Source: an uncultured virus (IMG/VR IMGVR_UViG_3300046529_000479) (lineage: Duplodnaviria; Heunggongvirae; Uroviricota; Caudoviricetes). Taken from it: 64,000 bases of DNA. Below, one piece after another: positions 58,412 through 64,000 of the stretch. The position numbers were made by a program, and so were the translations under genes. The stretch lies in the IMG/VR virus record IMGVR_UViG_3300046529_000479; one strand, written 5' to 3'. Under the pieces are notes generated by a model. The model was not told the origin of the DNA. It worked only from the letters and a program-made list of their open reading frames with translations, and ran no database searches. How positions within the stretch are numbered: the first letter of the stretch is position 1; each line of letters begins with the position of its first letter.

Positions 58412-58457
58412 TCAGCGAGTCTGTCCGTCCGACACGACGGGTAGGCTCGGTGCTCAG
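58408..58457 (+). repeat. G.G hairpin element 12
   Basis: CTGATCA-G-CGAGTCTGTCCGTC cgacac GACGGGTAGGCTCG-G-TGCTCAG. Confidence 0.85.
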
Positions 58458-58485
58458 CCGAGCATCAACCACGAAGGAGGGGAGT

Positions 58486-59016
58486 ATGGCAACGACAGCC
58501 TGGACAGAGGATCCAGCATCGGAGAGCCAGCTAGAGTTCATCCACGACCTCTCACAGAAACACGAGATGTCGGATGAGCAGGCTGAGTTCATTGCCCGAG
58601 TCCATCTCGGTGGACGGAAGCTCACCAAGGGTGAGGCCAGTCGAATCATCGACGGGCTAAAGGCATGTCCCAAGAAGCAGGTCAGTAGAGATTGGCCTGA
58701 TGTCCCGGCCGGCAGGTATGCCGTGGTCGATCCGATGGACGATGTCCTGAAGTTCTACCACGTAGACAAGCCGACTGAGGGCAAGTGGGCAGGCTACACC
58801 TTCCTGAACGTCCGTGCTTCGGATGAGCGTTATCCGATCAAAAACACGGAGCACAAGAAGTCCATCATGACCGAGATCTCCAAGAATCCGGCAGAAGCCA
58901 GCATGCGCTACGGGCGTGAGCTGGGCAAGTGCGGGATTTGCGGACGGACTCTCACCGATGAGCAGAGTCGAGCAAGAGGCATCGGCCCGATCTGCGCAGC
59001 GAAAGAGGGTTGGTGA
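58486..59016 (+). CDS. DUF6011-like zinc-finger protein
   Basis: CGICGRTLTD..S..RGIGP.C; N-terminal AS..Q..FI..L...LTK.EAS.II. Confidence 0.65.
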   Translation: MATTAWTEDPASESQLEFIHDLSQKHEMSDEQAEFIARVHLGGRKLTKGEASRIIDGLKACPKKQVSRDWPDVPAGRYAVVDPMDDVLKFYHVDKPTEGKWAGYTFLNVRASDERYPIKNTEHKKSIMTEISKNPAEASMRYGRELGKCGICGRTLTDEQSRARGIGPICAAKEGW

Positions 59017-59219
59017 TGGCGCAAGTGAACATCAGCGTGACTCGTGTCGGACACGTCGTGACGGTGAAGACCGCCAGCAACAAGGAGATCTTCAGCGTTG
59101 AGTACAAGAACCGAGGAGAGATCATCGATTACTGTCTCTGGCTCGCTCGTACTGGCAACGTCAACGCCGACCGCCAGACGATCGTGGATCTGCTGAAGGC
59201 CAACAAGGTGATCACATGA
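59016..59219 (+). CDS. hypothetical protein
   Basis: TGATG-coupled. Confidence 0.5.
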   Translation: MAQVNISVTRVGHVVTVKTASNKEIFSVEYKNRGEIIDYCLWLARTGNVNADRQTIVDLLKANKVIT

Positions 59220-59350
59220 ACGAGTTTCGCTGGTATCTGCGGCGACTCTCGCTCGATGAGATCCTCGGCCTAGTCAGAACAGGGAACGTGCCCAAAACGT
59301 TCATGCCTGCGATCCTCTCTGAGTTGAAGAGAAGGAAGTACGCATCATGA
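59216..59350 (+). CDS. 44-aa hypothetical protein (not in ORF track)
   Basis: ATGA-coupled at both ends; MNEFRWYLRRLSLDE... Confidence 0.5.
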   Translation: MNEFRWYLRRLSLDEILGLVRTGNVPKTFMPAILSELKRRKYAS

Positions 59351-59544
59351 GCTACACGTTCACTCACTGGAGCGATCGCTTCGGCGATCAAGTCAGCAAG
59401 ATGCGCGAGGCTGAAACGGGTGAAATCTACCTGACCATGCGCGACGAGTGCGACGAAGATCTGTTGCACGACTGGTACATGGTGGGGATGAAGCCAAAGG
59501 AAGCAGCCAAGCGGTTCATGGCCGGGGAAGCGCGTGCGAAATGA
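59347..59544 (+). CDS. hypothetical protein
   Basis: ATGA-coupled. Confidence 0.5.
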   Translation: MSYTFTHWSDRFGDQVSKMREAETGEIYLTMRDECDEDLLHDWYMVGMKPKEAAKRFMAGEARAK

Positions 59545-59620
59545 GACACGTGTATCTTCTGCTGTTCGAGATCCTCGTTCTGCTTCATCATGTCAAGGAC
59601 GCGATCGAGCTGGTGACGCC

Positions 59621-59845
59621 ATGAGTACACCAAGGCCGATTCCAGTTCCTCATTCCAGCAATGTCAAGTCGATCTCTTGGGACAGTGACAAGAGCATCAT
59701 GTACGTCACGTACAAGAGCGACAAGACGTACGCCTACACAGGCGTGCCATACCAACGTGCCGTTGTGGCTGCTAACGCTCGAAGCGTCGGCAGCTATATC
59801 AACAAGCACATCAAGCCGCACTACCCCGTACAGCAGGTCGGGTAG
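59621..59845 (+). CDS. KTSC-domain protein
   Basis: SSNVKSI.WD.....YVTYKS..TYAY.GVP......A.SVGSY.N.HIK..Y. Confidence 0.8.
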   Translation: MSTPRPIPVPHSSNVKSISWDSDKSIMYVTYKSDKTYAYTGVPYQRAVVAANARSVGSYINKHIKPHYPVQQVG

Positions 59846-59894
59846 TTGCAGCTCCCGGTGTCTCTGCGGTCACCGGGGGCTGGAGTCACCCGAC
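59837..59894 (+). repeat. G.G hairpin element 13
   Basis: GTCGGGTAGTT-G-CAGCTCCCGGTG...CACCGGGGGCTG-G-AGTCACCCGAC. Confidence 0.85.
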
Positions 59895-59925
59895 TCCGAG
59901 TACAGCGAAGGAGGGTCATGCTGAA

Positions 59926-60174
59926 GTGACGAATCCGCCGAAGCTCCTCAAGATCAAAGTCGTTCCGTATGATGAGGCTGATGTCACAGCTGCGATCCAG
60001 CTTCCGGTGTTACCAGAAATGATGGATTGGGAGCACGACCTCATCTTCAAGATCGACAACCGTGTGATCTTCGGCTTATTCATCCATCGCCACGAGAGCG
60101 GTGACATCGGAGTCGAATTGTTCGACCCGGATAGCACCGAGCCCGTGGCGACTCACCAGTTCACGGAGGCATAA
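59926..60174 (+). CDS. hypothetical protein, preceded by a 3-codon mini-ORF (59918-59929)
   Basis: ATG CTG AAG TGA overlaps the GTG start. Confidence 0.55.
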   Translation: MTNPPKLLKIKVVPYDEADVTAAIQLPVLPEMMDWEHDLIFKIDNRVIFGLFIHRHESGDIGVELFDPDSTEPVATHQFTEA

Positions 60175-60434
60175 TGGTCGTACAGCAGGAACAGGAGAAC
60201 GTCGTCTTGTACAACATCGAGGCGATCGTGGTCGAGGAAGCAGGCGACAACGCCATCTATTCGATCGCCAAAATGAGACCTACAACCGGCACTGACCGAT
60301 TCAAGCCCGTCGAGTTCTTCAACGACGAGCATGAGAATCGTTGGGTGAAGTTCTGGCCCAAGAACGGCCCTGCAAAGGGCAAGCAGGCCAGCATCCCGAT
60401 CGAACGCCTGGTCATGGTGGTGCACAGCAAGTGA
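60174..60434 (+). CDS. hypothetical protein
   Basis: TAATG-coupled, GGAGG SD. Confidence 0.55.
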   Translation: MVVQQEQENVVLYNIEAIVVEEAGDNAIYSIAKMRPTTGTDRFKPVEFFNDEHENRWVKFWPKNGPAKGKQASIPIERLVMVVHSK

Positions 60435-60507
60435 CACAACCGCCAATCTTCCTATCGCCGCGTTGGTTCCGCATAATGTGGCTAATTATTCGGGAGCGTT
60501 GGCGAAA

Positions 60508-60549
60508 GTGATCAGCGGGTCTGTCCTTCGGGGCAGGCCCGGTGCTCAT
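60508..60549 (+). repeat. G.G hairpin element 14 (cUUCGg loop)
   Basis: GTGATCA-G-CGGGTCTGTCC ttcg GGGCAGGCCCG-G-TGCTCAT. Confidence 0.85.
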
Positions 60550-60575
60550 GAGAGTACCGTAACGAAGGAGGGTCA

Positions 60576-61088
60576 ATGCCGAGAATGACAGCCAAGGTCG
60601 TCCTGGAGGAGTCCATCCTGGACATCAGGGCCGGACACTGGCTCTGTGGCGAGCTGATGCAGGAAGCAGAAGCCAACGGAAACAAGAAGCCAGATGGTTG
60701 TGCCGTCGGCCTCGCGGTCATCAACTCGAAGCTCGCGCGTGTCGTCATCGCGAAGTCTGACGACTACGATTCGGGTTTGATGGCATACTGCCCGTCGATC
60801 AACAACCCGTCGGTCTACTTCAGAGGCGACCAGAACTACCCCAAGGCCAGATTGAAGGCACTGGAGAAGTCGCTGCTTGCACTCGCGTTGGCGATCCCTG
60901 TCGATGCTCGACCCGTGACGACAGAATACAGAGGCGACGAGTACGAAGACCAACATATCAGCAACGATGACATCAAGGGCTACAGCATCGAGCAGCTGGA
61001 GTCGCTCATCATCGAGTACAACGACTCCAGCCTCGACACGGGCACGGCGATGAACTGGTTCAAGGCAGCGTACAGCAGCCTCAAGTGA
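60576..61088 (+). CDS. hypothetical protein, paralog of 57180-57869
   Basis: shared motifs NG.KKP.GCA.GL, LALAIP, YND, WF. Confidence 0.65.
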   Translation: MPRMTAKVVLEESILDIRAGHWLCGELMQEAEANGNKKPDGCAVGLAVINSKLARVVIAKSDDYDSGLMAYCPSINNPSVYFRGDQNYPKARLKALEKSLLALALAIPVDARPVTTEYRGDEYEDQHISNDDIKGYSIEQLESLIIEYNDSSLDTGTAMNWFKAAYSSLK

Positions 61089-61126
61089 GCTGCGAGTCTA
61101 CCCACTAGGGTAGGCTCGGAGTTCAT
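61085..61126 (+). repeat. G.G hairpin element 15
   Basis: GTGAGCT-G-CGAGTCTACCC acta GGGTAGGCTCG-G-AGTTCAT. Confidence 0.85.
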
Positions 61127-61148
61127 CAGAACTCCAGAAGGAGGGTCA

Positions 61149-61481
61149 ATGCTCAAGGAAGAAGCTGGCTGGGTTCAGTCATTCGAGTTTCCAGGGCTCA
61201 AGGTCGTGCAGATGAAGCTATGTGAGGCCTGCAAGATCAAGTTCGATACTCACAACCAGGCCTGCATCCATGTCGCCAAGGAACACCCGAAGCTGCTCCA
61301 GATCGACAACGGCGATCTCACGGTTGTCCGTCTCGCACAAGAGCCGTACAACCAGCGCGAGCGAACGCTCACGACTCGCCAGTACCTGCTCTACAAGGGC
61401 GAGCCGGTCGTGGCAGCAGGCTACCAGGTCGAGAGCTTCGCTGAAGGCGCAGCATGGGCGCTCAAGGAGTTGTCGAGATAA
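61149..61481 (+). CDS. hypothetical protein
   Basis: SD AGAAGGAGGGTCA; CEAC...H..C.H. Confidence 0.6.
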   Translation: MLKEEAGWVQSFEFPGLKVVQMKLCEACKIKFDTHNQACIHVAKEHPKLLQIDNGDLTVVRLAQEPYNQRERTLTTRQYLLYKGEPVVAAGYQVESFAEGAAWALKELSR

Positions 61482-61532
61482 CCATGCCGGTCGAAACCCC
61501 TGGTAATCAAAGGGTTTCGGCCGGGATGGTTG
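61479..61532 (+). repeat. G.G hairpin element 16
   Basis: TAACCAT-G-CCGGTCGAAACCC...GGGTTTCGGCCGG-G-ATGGTTG. Confidence 0.8.
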
Positions 61533-61603
61533 GCTAGCCATCCCGCCACTTGTATAGTATCATACTAAGTGGCTGAAATCCACCACTACCGAAGGAGGGA
61601 TCC

Positions 61604-62119
61604 ATGGCCAGGATCGCAGCAGAGCTGGAGCCAGCTCTGGTCACGAAAGCGGTGAAGATCGTCAAGCCGCTGAGAGACGCCAAGGACAGCGCCAAGTTCG
61701 ACGCGCTGCAGTCGGCTCTCAAGGTCGCGAGGCCGATGGCGGCCCGGTATCTCTACGTTGCCGAGGCGGTGATCGACCCAGCTCTGAAGTTCAAGCTCAC
61801 AGCCGCTAACATCAACAAGGCTCGTGATCGTGGACTGCGCTGGGAGCGCATCGCGGCCTACACCGGCTCCACAGTGCCGGAAGTTCAGGCAATGTTCGTG
61901 GAGAACGGTGGGGACATGTCCAAGTCCTACACGGGCAGGGGCAAGCGTCCCGACGGCGTGCCGGCCGACGGCAAGCCTGCCAGGAAGCCGACTGCCAAGG
62001 AGACCAAGGCAGCGGCCGCAGCGGCGAAGCGTGGCCCCGGTCGTCCCAAGGGCAGCAAGAATCGGCCCAAGCCGGATGTCAAGGTGCGTCGGAGGTCGTC
62101 TCTCCCAACGCGCCCTTAG
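61604..62119 (+). CDS. basic DNA-binding protein with HTH-like segment and AT-hook
   Basis: GLRWERIAAYTG.TV.EV; KRGPGRPKGS. Confidence 0.55.
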   Translation: MARIAAELEPALVTKAVKIVKPLRDAKDSAKFDALQSALKVARPMAARYLYVAEAVIDPALKFKLTAANINKARDRGLRWERIAAYTGSTVPEVQAMFVENGGDMSKSYTGRGKRPDGVPADGKPARKPTAKETKAAAAAAKRGPGRPKGSKNRPKPDVKVRRRSSLPTRP

Positions 62120-62151
62120 TTCACATCGACATCGATGATGAGCTGAAGGCG

Positions 62152-62523
62152 TTGCTAGAAGGCAGGAGCGTGCGTACTCGGAGCGAACTCATGAACATTG
62201 ATGAAGAAACTTCCATCACGTTCAATAACGAAGTGTTCTGCGCCAAGTACATACGCTTCCTGCCTGCTGGCCAGACGTCATCAGGCTTCCGAAAGCAGCC
62301 ACTCGTCCAGTTTTACTCTGACCGAATGGTGGATCGAGGACGTGAGATCCACACGAACATGCGAACGGTTGGGCTGGAGGATGTGGTCGGGATCAAAGGA
62401 CTTACTGACGCTCAGATAAAAGCGATCGTTCAGGACGTTCGGAACAACAGACTGCCCGAGCAACCACGCTCTGGCGTCAAAGTTGTATCCAAGACCCGGC
62501 GACGGAGCCAAATCAGGAAGTGA
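62152..62523 (+). CDS. hypothetical protein
   Basis: ORF in operon orientation; start uncertain. Confidence 0.45.
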   Translation: MLEGRSVRTRSELMNIDEETSITFNNEVFCAKYIRFLPAGQTSSGFRKQPLVQFYSDRMVDRGREIHTNMRTVGLEDVVGIKGLTDAQIKAIVQDVRNNRLPEQPRSGVKVVSKTRRRSQIRK

Positions 62524-62555
62524 GCAGTGGGCGGGCTTCGGCCCGCCCTATGCTC

Positions 62556-62655
62556 CTGCTGCACGAGGCGGGAGGGGATGGGCAATACGGCCGTAACGGG
62601 CACTGCCTGAGGACACTCTAGGTGAACCCGTGTCCCACCCCGCCTCGTGGAGCAG
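62556..62655 (+). repeat. G.G hairpin element 17 with large structured insert
   Basis: CTGCT-G-CACGAGGCGGG ...~65 nt... CCCGCCTCGTG-G-AGCAG. Confidence 0.65.
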
Positions 62656-62680
62656 AAGCTCCAATGAGAAGGAGGGTCAG

Positions 62681-64000
62681 GTGAGTAAAATCACCGCTGA
62701 ACTCTCGCCAGATGGGAAACGTATCTGGCTCCGGTTCAGCTATGAAGTCCGTATCAAGGACACCATCAAGTTCAAGGTGCCCAACAGCCGGTTCGTTCCA
62801 CCTGAGAAAGGTGGCCCGGCTTGGACAGTGCCTCTCGATCTGCCGACTGGCCGCATCCTGCGTCATCTGTTCCAGCAACAGCTCGTGCTGGGCCCGAACC
62901 TGCTCCAGTGGGGCAGGGACGAGGTTCAACGTGAGCGGAACCTGTCGGGCCTCGCGCTCGCAGAGGATGCGGAGCTGGTGTACTGTCCGGTCACAGTTCC
63001 TGGTATCGTTGAGCTAATCGCAGGCGACGGGACTGAGAACTGGCCCGATCGACCGTACCAGCGGGCAGACATCGCGTTCCTGGCGGCGACTAACGCCGGC
63101 AACCTGAACCAGATGGGCCTCGGGAAAACCATCGAAGTCATCGGTGCGATCCACGAGGCTCAGATGGAACGCGGAGAGCACTTGATCATTGCACCGAAGA
63201 CTGCTCTGGAGACTGTCTGGCGACTTGAACTGGAGCGGTTCACCGAGATCCCGGTGTTCACGCTCTACAGCGAGACATCTGCGAAGGAGCGCAACGCGCT
63301 GCCTGAGCAGATCATGGAAGCCATGGGAGTCTATGGAGGATACGCTTTCGTCACGACCGCGAGCATGCTACGCTCGAAGTCGTGGCGAGACGTGTTCATG
63401 GAAGCTAACTGGACGAGCATCACCATCGACGAGTACCACAAGACGGGACTCTGCGAGGGCTCGTCTCAGTTCTCCAAGCTAGCAAAAGCCATGATACGGC
63501 CTAACGGCCAGAAACGCATACCTATGAGCGGTACGCCCATGGGTGGCAAGCCAATTAAGCTCTGGTCGGCGCTGAACTTCATCGACCCCGACAGGTTTAG
63601 CTCGAAGTGGAAGTGGGCTGAACAGTGGCTGGTGATCGAGGAGGGTTTCAGGAACCACAAGATCATCATGGGCCTGAAGCCCGGCATTGAAGAGGCTTTC
63701 TATGCTTTTCATGCGCCATACCTCGTGCGCCGTCTCAAGTCGGAAGTCGCGAGCCAGCTGCCTCCGAAGCAGCAGGTGGAAGTCATGTGTGATATGACCC
63801 CGAAGCAGAACAAGCAGTATCGCGAATTTGCGCGAGCTGCCGAAATCCGCATCGAGGATCTGCACCTGTCTGCCACCAACATCCTGACGGAGTACCTGCG
63901 GTTGAAGCAGTTCGCCAACGCAGTCTGTCTCGTCCACGAGTACGAGGTAGCATGCAAGCACAAGAAGAATGAGGGCATGCTACACGGATGCGAAGACTGC
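62681..64000 (+). CDS. SNF2-family helicase (truncated by window end; absent from ORF track)
   Basis: GTG after AGAAGGAGGGTCA; my translation shows RPYQ, MGLGKT, IIAPK, IDEYHK, SGTP, VRRLK. Confidence 0.85.
   Translation, partial: MSKITAELSPDGKRIWLRFSYEVRIKDTIKFKVPNSRFVPPEKGGPAWTVPLDLPTGRILRHLFQQQLVLGPNLLQWGRDEVQRERNLSGLALAEDAELVYCPVTVPGIVELIAGDGTENWPDRPYQRADIAFLAATNAGNLNQMGLGKTIEVIGAIHEAQMERGEHLIIAPKTALETVWRLELERFTEIPVFTLYSETSAKERNALPEQIMEAMGVYGGYAFVTTASMLRSKSWRDVFMEANWTSITIDEYHKTGLCEGSSQFSKLAKAMIRPNGQKRIPMSGTPMGGKPIKLWSALNFIDPDRFSSKWKWAEQWLVIEEGFRNHKIIMGLKPGIEEAFYAFHAPYLVRRLKSEVASQLPPKQQVEVMCDMTPKQNKQYREFARAAEIRIEDLHLSATNILTEYLRLKQFANAVCLVHEYEVACKHKKNEGMLHGCEDC

Noticed and set aside
62607..62636. 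Hammerhead ribozyme (CTGAGGA...)
   Set aside because: The GAAA core after stem II and a matching cleavage triplet are missing; kept only as an unclassified structured RNA.
53072..62655. Early-region repeats as a CRISPR array or classical integron
   Set aside because: Repeats are not identical and are separated by whole genes. There are no RYYYAAC/GTTRRRY boxes, and I find no integrase or cas operon in the window.
53072..62655. Hairpins as ordinary rho-independent terminators
   Set aside because: No U-tracts; they are followed by A/C-rich sequence and an SD. The fixed G.G and U.G positions are not terminator features, though U-less actinobacterial terminators cannot be fully excluded.
1..64000. 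Prophage with att sites, or alternative genetic code
   Set aside because: No integrase or flanking host genes are evident, and genes are intact under the standard code with TAG, TGA and TAA all used as stops.

Overview
The window looks like most of a ~60% GC tailed dsDNA phage genome with a contractile tail (sheath, tube, baseplate), probably infecting an actinobacterium (inferred from an Rpf-like protein and the gene repertoire). I see no integrase or clear repressor, so it is probably lytic. There are three blocks. (1) 84-16031 (+): recombination and replication genes (Cas4/RecB-like nuclease, Sak4-like ATPase, SSB-like protein, primase fused to an MCM-like helicase, DnaE, HU, ThyX-like), plus a candidate nucleotide/DNA-modification cluster. 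(2) 16032-50966 (-): packaging, head, tail and lysis genes. (3) ~51500-64000 (+): small early genes ending in a truncated SNF2 helicase. The most unusual signals are in block 3. (a) 17 intergenic hairpins differ in sequence but share a fold: an invariant G.G mismatch, and a U.G wobble exactly 5 bp above it in 15 of 17. Most begin at the upstream stop codon, sit just before an extended SD (ACGAAGGAGGGTCA-like), and can form a second, mutually exclusive hairpin. This suggests an undescribed RNA processing or switch system. (b) A 1.1 kb segment (51502-52601) at the presumed genome end has almost no CA/TG dinucleotides (3 CA, 2 TG by my count). All three CAs lie in the motif GCAGGGAT, and the gene inside encodes no His, Gln, Cys or internal Met. 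Also notable: a probable ATT start for the large terminase, a -1 frameshift in the tail chaperone, and a non-canonical ThyX motif. All product calls come from motifs read by eye, not from database searches.
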